Shown here: one piece after another, positions 1 to 9,398 of the stretch | How positions within the stretch are numbered: position 1 is the first letter of the stretch | How the letters are laid out: the number at the start of each line of letters is the position of its first letter | Virus record (IMG/VR): IMGVR_UViG_3300021389_000010 | Location: 1 to 64,000 of that record | DNA length: 64,000 nucleotides | Source of the DNA: a virus | Reading direction: 5' to 3' (one strand) | Translations under genes and position numbers: made by a program | The notes under the pieces: model-generated | Database searches by the model: none | What the model was told of the DNA's origin: nothing | Seen by the model: only the letters and a program-made list of their open reading frames with translations

Positions 1-2
1 CC

Positions 3-965
3 CAGGCTCAAACTGACCTCTTTAAAAACGTAAGTTATAGTCAACCTACTATTGTAAGTAGAAAAGGAGATAACAATGTATACACTGTAGAGTCTCTTGC
101 TATAGGTCCAAACGGAGAAAAGTTAGTGTCTCTTCGTTTTAATCAAGAAGTTGCTGGAAAGAAAAAGACTGTAAGAACTATTGTTGATTTTGAGGATATC
201 AAAAATGAAGGAATCAAAGGAGGACAAAAAGCAGTAGACAGAATAAGTAGTGACCTTGAAGGTATGTCAGCATACTGGACAGAGAATATCTTCCCTACGA
301 AGAACCAAGTTTCTTCTGTCACAGAAGAGCAGGTTATTATGCCTGTTGCGCAGGGCGCAATTGGAGGAATACCGTCAAGAATGACAGGAATAGATGGAGA
401 GGGAATACCTACTAAAACACCTGTTGAAGAAGCGTCATTAGTTTTACCAGAGGGATTAGACCTTGGTGGCATCATGACCAGAAATGATGCCAGTAGAGTT
501 GCTCTGGATTTAGCAGAACGAAAATACATAGAAGAAAACTTTGGTGGTCAAAAAGAGTGGGATCGTTTATTGGGTTCTGCAAAAGGTAGGTTAGCAAAAC
601 CCTTTACGGAGTTAATACTTTCTGATGAGCGTTCAGGTTTTAATAGGAAGAAACAGGCGGAAGCCAATAAAGATAAAGAAGAAAAAGAAACCGAAGAGAA
701 TCAAATTAGGCTTGGCGCCTATGACAATGCTGAGTTTGAAGTGATGGGGATGACAGGATTTGATCGTCTTAGTCCAGAAGGTAAAGCGAATGCGATAGGT
801 AAATATCAAGATGAATTAGTAAAAAGGCTACAAGAAAAATATGAGCGTGGTTCTCTGCCTCGTGGTCAAAGACTGGGTATTGCTATAGGCGACATAGTTA
901 AAGATGAAATGCGTGATAATTTTGCTGACTCAGAGTTTATAGATGAGAAATTCTTTGTTGATTAA
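3..965 (+). CDS. Internal virion protein, 5'-truncated by the window edge; paralog of 59421..61118
   Basis: Frame is open from base 3. SQPTIVSRKGDNNVYTVESLAIGPNGEKLVSLRFNQEVAGKKKTVRTIVD aligns with TQPMYRDVNGNQNYIESIGIDQDGKMIAIIRTNQSV...VARTVVD of 59421..61118, and both genes sit directly upstream of a giant gene. Confidence 0.75.
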   Translation, partial: QAQTDLFKNVSYSQPTIVSRKGDNNVYTVESLAIGPNGEKLVSLRFNQEVAGKKKTVRTIVDFEDIKNEGIKGGQKAVDRISSDLEGMSAYWTENIFPTKNQVSSVTEEQVIMPVAQGAIGGIPSRMTGIDGEGIPTKTPVEEASLVLPEGLDLGGIMTRNDASRVALDLAERKYIEENFGGQKEWDRLLGSAKGRLAKPFTELILSDERSGFNRKKQAEANKDKEEKETEENQIRLGAYDNAEFEVMGMTGFDRLSPEGKANAIGKYQDELVKRLQEKYERGSLPRGQRLGIAIGDIVKDEMRDNFADSEFIDEKFFVD

Positions 966-978
966 TTAATATATATAA

Positions 979-3900
979 ATGGAAGATCAAGACTTACTAT
1001 CAGTATTGCAAACGGCTTACGATCGTGGTGTTACACTGGAGCAAATTCAACAGGCTCTAAATGATGATCCTAATGTAGAACAGGGTGCATTACAAGTTGC
1101 AGAAGATTTCTTTTTAAAAAAAAAAGACTCTTCCGAAGGTTCACAGGCAGGAGATCTCGTGGTATCAGAATCAGAATCGGTTCAAGATACTATGGCATCT
1201 CCTTCTACAGCAGTCGACTCTAACTCTGGATTTCTTTTACAGGAAGGTCTTACATCTTTATCAGATGCATACGATCGTGGTGTAAATCTTTCTCAAATTG
1301 AGCAAGAGTTTCAGGACGACCCTGAATTCGTAACCTTAGCAAAGGACTACTATAAAACTTTAGACTCTCGTGTATGGGATGATCCACGCGAAGAAGGCAT
1401 GGGTATTATCATTGATGATAATCCTAACATGCTTGGTCGCCTATGGAATAGAGGTGCGGCTTCAGGACGCCTTGCTGCTGAAATAGCAAAGGGTGAGGCA
1501 ACCGGATACATGAATTGGGAGAATATCGCCTACCTAAATAGTATCATGCAACGAGACGGAGTAAAGAAAACAGGTGAGGAAAACCCTGTTTTTGATTTTG
1601 CTGGTGATGTAATTCGTGCTATACCTGAATCTTTAATATCAATGGCAACTGGAATAGAGGCTGGTCTTGCTGGAGCAGCGACTGGAGCCGGTACTGGAGC
1701 AGGAGTAGGATCTGTTGTGCCAGGGATAGGAACAGCGGTTGGTGCAGGTACTGGTGCTGTCTCTGGTTTCTTTGGCGCATCATCTTTAGCAATTGAGTAT
1801 GCTCACTCTTTGATGGACGTTATCCGTGAAGAAGGTGTGAATGTTACAGACGGTGATCAATTAGCATTTGCATTTGAGGATGAAGAACTCATGGATCGTG
1901 CTCGCGAGAAAGGACTGAAGAGGGGTATTCCTATTGCAGTATTCGATGCTATTTCAGGTGGTGTTGGTGGTAAGGTTGGTACAACCGTTGTAAAAAACAT
2001 ATCAAAATCAGCAACAAACAGAGCCGCTAAGATTTTAGCAGCAGAAACATTAACTCAAGGTGCACTTGGTGCTGGTGGAGAACTGTCTGGGCAGTTGGTT
2101 GCAGGTGAAAAGATACGTCCTCGTGACATTGCTCTTGAAGCATTTGCTGAGTTAGGTCCTGCTGCTCCTGTGATGGCATACAACCTTGCGGGTCGTATAA
2201 ACGCTACTCCAGGAGAGTTAAAGTATGCTGACAACATAAAGGCTAAGGAGAAGCAAAGCGATGTAGTAGAGGCCAGCAATGCGGTAGATGCTATACCGGA
2301 GATGTCTAAACTAAATACAGAGATAGAAGAACTTGAGGCTGTAACACCAGTAGATAAAAATGAAGCCCGTGTTAAGAAACAAAAACTTAGAGAACTTAGA
2401 GATAAGAAGTATGATCTAAAGGCTGACCTTTCTGAGAACTACTTAGCCCTTGATGAAGAAACTCGAAATCAAGTAAAGGCAAAGTTGGCTATGGTAATGG
2501 TCAACGACGAAACAATCTCTGCTCAAGGAGCCAACCCTGAACTTTCAAATGTTCTACGTGAAGAAAATAAAAAACTAAAGGCTGAGATTAAAGAAACAAT
2601 AACCGGAAAAACAACAAGCAATGATCAAGCAAGTGGGCAAGAAGTACAGGGTGACATCGAAGCAAGGCAAGAACTTGGGGACGTACCCGACACTGAAGGA
2701 AGCGCAACGCCGGTTACAGTTAGTGGAATACTTCAAGCGCGTGAAGAAGAAGGGCAAACGCAAGGAGAATTAATTGAAGGGGAAGCAACTGAGCGCTCAT
2801 CATCTTTCTTAAATATAAAAGATAGAGATGGTCAAAGCCTTAATCTTTATGACCCTAATGATGCTGCTGCTTTACGTCGTGCTTTAGATGAGGGTGAGTT
2901 CAGAGCCGGGGAAAGAGAGTATTTAGAAAATATGATTCTTGCTTCAGAGTCATATCGCAAGTCAATTCCCGAAGCAAAGATGTTTGTTATTGGCTTCGGT
3001 AGAGAGGGGTATCAAAATGCACTTGAACGTACTGGATTTGGAAGAGACAAGCCAGGACAAAGAAGTGCTGGTATGACTGCTCGTGATAGGGGGCAAAAAA
3101 ATGTAGGTAGAATAGCATTAGAAGTACCAGTGGAAAGTTCTCTTTATGGCGAGGCTCAAGGCCGTGGACCAGGTGAGAAGTTTACGGGGATTCAAACAGC
3201 GTATCATGAAATCTTTCACAATGTTTTAAATCAACATTTTGGGGAGAACCTATCTGATTACAATCAGTTAAGAAAGTTAGTGATTCGACAACTCGCAGAG
3301 TCAGATGTAAAGCAATTAAATGATTTTGCAAAAAGATACGCAGATGCAGATGATGTTACTGGTACACTACCTTCTGAGGAGTTCATGGTTCAGTTGTCTG
3401 GACTTCTTGCAAATAAGAATATTAAGTTTGCTCCTTCTTTTTTAGAACAACTTAAAGCCTTTATAGGTAAGATTATTCAAAAGGTTACAGGAGGACGTGT
3501 CAAGTTTCAAGAATTAAACGATGCTGTTCTTGCTCAAGATCTTGCCAACTATTTAAAAGGAACGACTGAGGCTATGCGTCTTGGTGCTGATGTTAGAGAA
3601 GTTTCACAGCCTGCTTCTTTAAGAACAGAGCGTTTCCAAAGAACAAGGCAAGACGTAAGGTTTGGGCCTGATGGTGAAGTAGTTAGTCTTACTGAAGCAC
3701 GAAATGCTGCGAGTCTACCTGATCCTGAAAACTATAACCGAACACTTGATCCTGTAGAAAAACTTTTAAAAAGTATAAAGGACAAGACAAGCAGTGCTAC
3801 AAGAGCATTAGAAAAAAAATTAAACACTGGTCTTAGAAAAGTTAGAGGAGAGGTTCTGTCTGCGATGGAATTCAAACAGTCTGCTAACATACCATATCTA

Positions 3901-6900
3901 AAGAACCTTGCCAATAGACTTAAAAGTGTCAGAAAGATTACTGATAAGATGACACCAGAACAGCGTGATGAAGTCTATGAGGCTTCAGATGCATTCTTGT
4001 TTGGTGAAGATCAGAAGACCAGGGACGAAGGGATTGCAAGATTAAAAGAGATTAATGAGACACTTGCTCAGGAAGTAAGTATCATGAAACAAATCAGAGA
4101 TTTTTACCAGGGACAGTTTGAGTCTGACCCTATGTTTGATATACTCCCTGATGAGTTGATAGATATCATAAAAGATAATTCCCAGTTCTATGGCACCACA
4201 ACTTATCGTGCGTTTACCGATCCTGATTTTAAGTTTGATAGTGAGTTAGGGAAAGCGGCAGAGCAGGTAATGGTACTGGAAGCCTTGGAAGATAAGTTTA
4301 TAGAGTTAACCGATCAATTAACTCTTGCTCCAGAAGGGATGAAAGTCTTGGCTGAAATGCGGGAAATGAAACTTGATCCGCGTAAACCAGATGATGTTAA
4401 AAAATATGTAGAGGCTAAGAAGAAGTCCTTAAACAAGGGGATAAAAGATATTTCCAAAGAGGGTAACACCTCGGCGGTTGTAACAGCGACAGATAACCTT
4501 AAAGCATTTTCTGAAAAAGATTTATCTCAGATACAAGAAGAAATAGATGCAGCATTTCTTGCTGAAAAAATACAAGCGCAAAATTTACGTTGGGATACAG
4601 ACGAAGGACTTTTCGCTTATATAGACAAAGTTGAAGCCCCTGCAATTCAGGCTCAGGTAAGAAAATACATCAAAGACATACAGATAACGTCTCGTCAAAA
4701 CATTAACAATGCTGACAATGGTTTTGTTAAAGACACCAGTTTAGGTGGCCTCAGAGTGCCTACTAAATCCTTTAAGGGTAAGCAGGATCTACCGGTTGAA
4801 TTAAGAACATTCTTAGGTGAGGAAAGAAATCCATTTATAAAGTTTACTACCACTGTAAACAACTTAGCCAATATCTATGGGCAGTATGGATTAGTTTCAA
4901 GAGTAAACAAGGCGGGGCAAAACGCAGGCACAGGTGACATAATTGTTACTAAGGCTATTGCTGATGCGATCATGAATGGAATCTATTTGTTAGATGCTAA
5001 AGGAGATACGTTGCCGGTATTCATGAATGACATCAATGAGGTCTCTGCACGAGCGCAAAAAGAACTGATATATTTGGCAGAAGGCTTGGGCTTAAAAAGA
5101 AGAGACGAGTCGCTTACAGATTTCTATGACAGAATAGGAATTGAGTATAAAGAAAAAGACTACCAAACTAAAGTAATGTTTGTCGAGGGTAAAGTCGACA
5201 AGGTAATTGAGCCAACTAATTTTAATGAGTTCCAAAAATTAAGTGATGCTATAGAGATTTACTTTAGAGAAAACTATACATCAGTTCAAGATAATAACTC
5301 ACCTCTTAAAGGTCAGTCTATTAATAATGATTTTGTAGAAGCGTTAAAGATGACGCCACTGTATGCTGCGAAGAACCAGGGTATGCGAATCTACTATGGT
5401 ATCCTATTGCAGATGCGTAGAACACGGGTACTCTATAACCTGCCTACCTGGAGAAAGAACATCATGGGTGGTTGGTATTTCCTGGGGCTTAATGGAATAC
5501 TTCCTATTGGTGAAAACTTAGGTGGCTATAATATTATAAAGGATCTAAGAACACGATTAAAGAAAATGAAAGATGGGGAATATACTGATCCCCAAATACA
5601 AGAGCACTTTGAGACAGCGGCTAAGTACGGACTATTTGGTAGTTCTATTAGCCTGGCTATGTTTGACAACATCAATAATTCTTTCTATTCTCAGATGAGT
5701 GGAGAGAACCCCAATAAAGCATGGGGCTGGATGAAACAAAAATCAAAAGACTTAGCATATCAGTACGGTGCGATAGATGACTATACTAAATTAGTAGGCT
5801 TCCTTGCTAAGAGAGAAAACTTTGCGAAGCGTTTAGCCTCTAACCCAGAAGGCAAACCATTCAGTGAGTTAAATCCTCAAGAGCAAAACGAAGTAAACGA
5901 GATGACAGCGGAGAGAATAAAACAAAACTTCCCGACGATGTCACGTATACACCCTGCTTTCAGGGGTCTTATGCAGAGTCCTTTTGGGGATTTCCTTTCG
6001 TTTAGACTGGAGTCGTTCCGTAGTTTTCTTGCTGTATACCAAAATGCAGTAAGTGATATAAGAGAGGGTGCAACTAATGAAAGTTTAACACCATCGCAAA
6101 AGAAAGCATACATCCTTGACGGTACGAAAGCATTGGTTACTGGATCAGCACTGGCAGGTATGTCTGCTGTTGGTTACACAATGATTGGTGAACTTGTTCG
6201 CAGTCTCACGGGGAAAGAAGATGAAGATGAGCAAGAATTAGCAGCAACAGCAAGAGGTGTTAACATGATACTCCCCCCGTGGATGCAGGGCGCTAACATT
6301 GTCCCTATTGAAATGAATAAGAATGGTGAGATTCGTTTTGTAAACATGAGTTCAGAAGATCCTTACGATGAGATACAGGGATTGATATATGGTCGTGACG
6401 GAATAAATAGGCTCACTCAAATCAATGAGATACTGTCAGACTTTAAAGATCCTAACATGGCGGTTAAACTTGTGTTTAATTTAGCCAAAGGAGAAAACCA
6501 ATACGGACAACCGATAAGAAACAGCGATGATCTAAACTGGTTTTACAGACACTTGATCCCTTCTTCTTACTTAGACTGGGATAAGACGACTGGCACCTAT
6601 GTTTTAAAAGAAGTATTTATACCACCGAACATTGCTTTTATTGAGCGTACTCTAAGAAAGAGAGCAAAGGAAATACAAGATGCAGAAAAAGAAGGGCGTG
6701 ATCCAGAGTTAGAACCTTTGAATGCACTTCAATTGGGTACTAATATATTCTTTAGAGACTACCCAGTTAATATCGCCAGTCAATTTGGTTGGAATCTCAA
6801 AGACAAAAACTTTAGAGAGAAGTGGGAAGATATTCCTGAAAGTAGAAGAACTGTACGCAAGGCGCATCTCGATGAGGTTAAGCAGGCTTATCAGTATGGG

Positions 6901-7029
6901 GTGACTTATGGTGAGGCAAAAGACAACTATGATCTTATTGATAAGTTTGAGAATCAAGTGCGTAGGAAGTTCGGTCGTAGCCCAGCAGAATTAGATTACA
7001 TCCTGTATGACATGGAGTTACCAGATTAA
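979..7029 (+). CDS. Giant (2016 aa) internal virion/ejection protein with glycine-zipper membrane segment and zincin-like HExxH domain
   Basis: Long ORF with a duplicated N-terminal AYDRGV repeat, a Gly/Ala-rich hydrophobic stretch and TAYHEIFH...SEEFMVQL. Its paralog follows the tail genes. Confidence 0.7.
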   Translation: MEDQDLLSVLQTAYDRGVTLEQIQQALNDDPNVEQGALQVAEDFFLKKKDSSEGSQAGDLVVSESESVQDTMASPSTAVDSNSGFLLQEGLTSLSDAYDRGVNLSQIEQEFQDDPEFVTLAKDYYKTLDSRVWDDPREEGMGIIIDDNPNMLGRLWNRGAASGRLAAEIAKGEATGYMNWENIAYLNSIMQRDGVKKTGEENPVFDFAGDVIRAIPESLISMATGIEAGLAGAATGAGTGAGVGSVVPGIGTAVGAGTGAVSGFFGASSLAIEYAHSLMDVIREEGVNVTDGDQLAFAFEDEELMDRAREKGLKRGIPIAVFDAISGGVGGKVGTTVVKNISKSATNRAAKILAAETLTQGALGAGGELSGQLVAGEKIRPRDIALEAFAELGPAAPVMAYNLAGRINATPGELKYADNIKAKEKQSDVVEASNAVDAIPEMSKLNTEIEELEAVTPVDKNEARVKKQKLRELRDKKYDLKADLSENYLALDEETRNQVKAKLAMVMVNDETISAQGANPELSNVLREENKKLKAEIKETITGKTTSNDQASGQEVQGDIEARQELGDVPDTEGSATPVTVSGILQAREEEGQTQGELIEGEATERSSSFLNIKDRDGQSLNLYDPNDAAALRRALDEGEFRAGEREYLENMILASESYRKSIPEAKMFVIGFGREGYQNALERTGFGRDKPGQRSAGMTARDRGQKNVGRIALEVPVESSLYGEAQGRGPGEKFTGIQTAYHEIFHNVLNQHFGENLSDYNQLRKLVIRQLAESDVKQLNDFAKRYADADDVTGTLPSEEFMVQLSGLLANKNIKFAPSFLEQLKAFIGKIIQKVTGGRVKFQELNDAVLAQDLANYLKGTTEAMRLGADVREVSQPASLRTERFQRTRQDVRFGPDGEVVSLTEARNAASLPDPENYNRTLDPVEKLLKSIKDKTSSATRALEKKLNTGLRKVRGEVLSAMEFKQSANIPYLKNLANRLKSVRKITDKMTPEQRDEVYEASDAFLFGEDQKTRDEGIARLKEINETLAQEVSIMKQIRDFYQGQFESDPMFDILPDELIDIIKDNSQFYGTTTYRAFTDPDFKFDSELGKAAEQVMVLEALEDKFIELTDQLTLAPEGMKVLAEMREMKLDPRKPDDVKKYVEAKKKSLNKGIKDISKEGNTSAVVTATDNLKAFSEKDLSQIQEEIDAAFLAEKIQAQNLRWDTDEGLFAYIDKVEAPAIQAQVRKYIKDIQITSRQNINNADNGFVKDTSLGGLRVPTKSFKGKQDLPVELRTFLGEERNPFIKFTTTVNNLANIYGQYGLVSRVNKAGQNAGTGDIIVTKAIADAIMNGIYLLDAKGDTLPVFMNDINEVSARAQKELIYLAEGLGLKRRDESLTDFYDRIGIEYKEKDYQTKVMFVEGKVDKVIEPTNFNEFQKLSDAIEIYFRENYTSVQDNNSPLKGQSINNDFVEALKMTPLYAAKNQGMRIYYGILLQMRRTRVLYNLPTWRKNIMGGWYFLGLNGILPIGENLGGYNIIKDLRTRLKKMKDGEYTDPQIQEHFETAAKYGLFGSSISLAMFDNINNSFYSQMSGENPNKAWGWMKQKSKDLAYQYGAIDDYTKLVGFLAKRENFAKRLASNPEGKPFSELNPQEQNEVNEMTAERIKQNFPTMSRIHPAFRGLMQSPFGDFLSFRLESFRSFLAVYQNAVSDIREGATNESLTPSQKKAYILDGTKALVTGSALAGMSAVGYTMIGELVRSLTGKEDEDEQELAATARGVNMILPPWMQGANIVPIEMNKNGEIRFVNMSSEDPYDEIQGLIYGRDGINRLTQINEILSDFKDPNMAVKLVFNLAKGENQYGQPIRNSDDLNWFYRHLIPSSYLDWDKTTGTYVLKEVFIPPNIAFIERTLRKRAKEIQDAEKEGRDPELEPLNALQLGTNIFFRDYPVNIASQFGWNLKDKNFREKWEDIPESRRTVRKAHLDEVKQAYQYGVTYGEAKDNYDLIDKFENQVRRKFGRSPAELDYILYDMELPD
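1111..1223 (+). other. Putative programmed -1 frameshift/slippage site (T5A10) and 32-codon transframe extension
   Basis: TTT TTA AAA AAA AAA GAC. The -1 frame reads RLFRRFTGRRSRGIRIRIGSRYYGISFYSSRL* and is conserved in the paralog at 61237-61344. Confidence 0.7.
2621..2773 (+). CDS. Nested +1-frame small basic protein (50 aa) inside 979..7029
   Basis: MIKQVGKKYRVTSKQGKNLGTYPTLKEAQRRLQLVEYFKRVKKKGKRKEN with an A-rich leader; 31/45 identical to nested ORF 62769..62906. Confidence 0.75.
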   Translation: MIKQVGKKYRVTSKQGKNLGTYPTLKEAQRRLQLVEYFKRVKKKGKRKEN

Positions 7030-7059
7030 CTCAGCCTTCGCGAATAACAATCAGAATCT

Positions 7060-7067
7060 TATTTTTG
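7060..7067 (+). promoter_or_regulatory. Bacteroidota-type -7 promoter box (TATTTTTG)
   Basis: Matches TAnnTTTG; 4-nt spacer before ATG 7072. Confidence 0.55.
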
Positions 7068-7071
7068 TATA

Positions 7072-7305
7072 ATGAAGTGGAAACAAATATTTAAGGACAG
7101 CAACGACTGGAACGAGAAGAGTATTCTTGGTGCAATTTCTTTTGCTGTAATGGTTTTGGTAATGGCTCTTGACCTTATCACTGGTGCGTTCGGAAAAGAT
7201 TTAGTAATCAATGAAGGTGTCTACAACTCTTTTGTGTACGTCACAATTGGCTGTTTTGGAATTGCTGGATTAGAAAAATTTTCTAAGTCCGGTGGCGATA
7301 AATAA
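7072..7305 (+). CDS. Small two-TM membrane protein, possible holin
   Basis: 77 aa with two hydrophobic helices and charged termini. Confidence 0.5.
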   Translation: MKWKQIFKDSNDWNEKSILGAISFAVMVLVMALDLITGAFGKDLVINEGVYNSFVYVTIGCFGIAGLEKFSKSGGDK

Positions 7306-7573
7306 AGAGATATCAGAAGACACGGTAGTAGGTCTATCACTAAAGACCGTTGGTATGATTATCGGCGGGGCAGTAATAGTTAGTCTGGGATACTTTGACC
7401 TAAAGGCTGAGGTACAGGATGCAAAAGAATTACCAGCACCTGTTATTGGCCGAACAGAGTATGACTTAAAAGATGAGTTGATACGGACCACGATCATGAA
7501 CACCAAGTCGGATGTTGATGACATCAAAAAGCAATTAGACAAAATAGAAGAGCGCCTCTTCGAGATGAAATGA
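7292..7573 (+). CDS. Small membrane protein with C-terminal coiled coil
   Basis: One TM segment followed by a heptad-like tail; overlaps both neighbours. Confidence 0.55.
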   Translation: MAINKEISEDTVVGLSLKTVGMIIGGAVIVSLGYFDLKAEVQDAKELPAPVIGRTEYDLKDELIRTTIMNTKSDVDDIKKQLDKIEERLFEMK

Positions 7574-7902
7574 AAAAGGTTGCACTCGCCATAGCATTCA
7601 CCTTACTGTGTGCCTTCAAGGTGCCGACCAGGGGATTGGTGGTAGTGCATTATAACGCTGAGTTTAATTCAACCAACAGCGTACCATTAAAAAAAATAAG
7701 TGATGCCCGTGTTATCAACGCATGGATAGACGAGACTGATGTAAAAGAATACGGGAAGATAAAATCTGTTCCTACCATAGTCCTTTACCAAAATGGTGAG
7801 GAGATACAGCGGTGGGAGCCAGGTCTTTCATTAAACCTTTCCGTAACACATAAGGATATACAGGAGAGTATTGATGAACTAACCGGCGCAATCAAATTCT
7901 AA
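7570..7902 (+). CDS. Exported thioredoxin-fold protein lacking CxxC
   Basis: Signal peptide; VVVHYNAEFN replaces the F-x-A-x-W-C-x-x-C site; IKSVPTIVLYQNGEEI is a typical cis-Pro region. Confidence 0.6.
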   Translation: MKKVALAIAFTLLCAFKVPTRGLVVVHYNAEFNSTNSVPLKKISDARVINAWIDETDVKEYGKIKSVPTIVLYQNGEEIQRWEPGLSLNLSVTHKDIQESIDELTGAIKF

Positions 7903-8981
7903 TGAGAAACATACTGATTACTTTTTTCTTAATGAGTTCTATGTTGCTGCACGCTCAAAAAATTGGGGGTGTATTTAAGTATGCTACTGTTTACACAAGT
8001 GCATTCGCTTCATCACCTATGCCTGCTCAAAAAGAATACTTCGTTACTCAGGGCGGAGAACTTCAAGACATTACAATTGAGAATCCATTCGACTACAAAG
8101 CAACTATTGGTATACGTAGGGTTGCTCGGTATGACTATGAGAACAGACAGAACAGGTTCTATGACGGACAAACAGAGTCTACAACAGCGTTGTCTGCTAC
8201 AGTTGGTTCTGTGAAGGGACTTGAATACCTTGCTCAGTACGACGTGGGTCGTCAGCAAGGGTCAGCATACGTAAACCAAAGATACTTCCTTAGATACCTT
8301 GCTAAATACTTTATGGTAAAGGGCGAGTACTATAGTCAAGGGCTTGTTGATTTGAATTATACGCAAGTAGAATCAAGACTAAGATTACATATAGGTGAGT
8401 TAGATTTTTCAGCAGGTGTTGCCGGGCGTTTACACAGGTCATATGGATATAATCCAATAGCAGACTTCTTAGCACACAACCCTTGGTGGGACTTAGTACG
8501 CAACATGGGTTATGAAGACGTCTACTATGGCATTGATTACGACAATGATGATGAGATAGATAACGGCGACTGGTTCTGGTTAGACCCAGAAGGGGAGAAG
8601 GTTGCTGATACCGATGAAGACTTCCGCAGATATATCTACCCTGGTATCGTAAATGAATTCAACAAACTTAGCATAGATAGTGTTGGTCTTATTCAGTCTG
8701 TGTCTGCGATAATTGGGGTAGACTATTATCACTATGAGGATGACTTTTGGATACACTCTTGGTTAAACATTCTTCCTTACCACATGCACGTAGGTGACAA
8801 AGAAGAGTTTTCTTATAGCAACTACGTAGATGGGAATCAATGGGTTGACTACAGTACAGGTCTTGTCTTTGGATGGAAACCAGGAAAGCGTTGGGGCTTT
8901 TTTACAGAGGTCGAGTACATGAAGTATTGGGACAGAAATATATTCAACCTAAGAGCGGGTGTTAACTATCAGTTGAGATAA
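7902..8981 (+). CDS. Putative outer-membrane beta-barrel protein
   Basis: Signal peptide, alternating aromatic strands, C-terminal FNLRAGVNYQL and an acidic DYDNDDEID loop. Confidence 0.5.
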   Translation: MRNILITFFLMSSMLLHAQKIGGVFKYATVYTSAFASSPMPAQKEYFVTQGGELQDITIENPFDYKATIGIRRVARYDYENRQNRFYDGQTESTTALSATVGSVKGLEYLAQYDVGRQQGSAYVNQRYFLRYLAKYFMVKGEYYSQGLVDLNYTQVESRLRLHIGELDFSAGVAGRLHRSYGYNPIADFLAHNPWWDLVRNMGYEDVYYGIDYDNDDEIDNGDWFWLDPEGEKVADTDEDFRRYIYPGIVNEFNKLSIDSVGLIQSVSAIIGVDYYHYEDDFWIHSWLNILPYHMHVGDKEEFSYSNYVDGNQWVDYSTGLVFGWKPGKRWGFFTEVEYMKYWDRNIFNLRAGVNYQLR

Positions 8982-9398
8982 ATGAAATGGCTATCCTTAT
9001 TAATAATAGTGCTATCATTGAGCAGTTGCAGCGCGCAGTGGCACCTAAGAAAAGCAATCAAGAAAGACCCCAGCGTACTAAGGAAAGACACGGTTGTTGT
9101 TACGGATACGATTGTAACTGCACCGGTCTCGGTGCGTGATACCATAACTCTTCAACAGCGGGACACCATTACCATCACTAAGGATAGACTTAAGGTTAAC
9201 ATCGTGCGTTCGTTTGACACCATTATGGTAGACGCAATTTGCGAAAGTGATACTATTGTACAGGTGATAGAAGTACCTGTCCCGTCCATCGTTATGAAGG
9301 ACAGCGACAGGTGGTACAACAAGGTTTACAAGTTTTCTTTTTACTTACTGTTGCTTCTTCTATCTGTGCTTTTCTTACGTAAGAAATTAATCTCCTGA
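8982..9398 (+). CDS. Lipoprotein with C-terminal TM helix, candidate unimolecular spanin
   Basis: Lipobox LSSC, beta-rich DT(I/V) repeats, C-terminal hydrophobic helix and basic tail. Confidence 0.55.
   Translation: MKWLSLLIIVLSLSSCSAQWHLRKAIKKDPSVLRKDTVVVTDTIVTAPVSVRDTITLQQRDTITITKDRLKVNIVRSFDTIMVDAICESDTIVQVIEVPVPSIVMKDSDRWYNKVYKFSFYLLLLLLSVLFLRKKLIS

Noticed and set aside
979-7029. crAss-type virion RNA polymerase
   Set aside because: Size fits, but no DxDxD catalytic motif was seen; zincin and membrane-helix features dominate.
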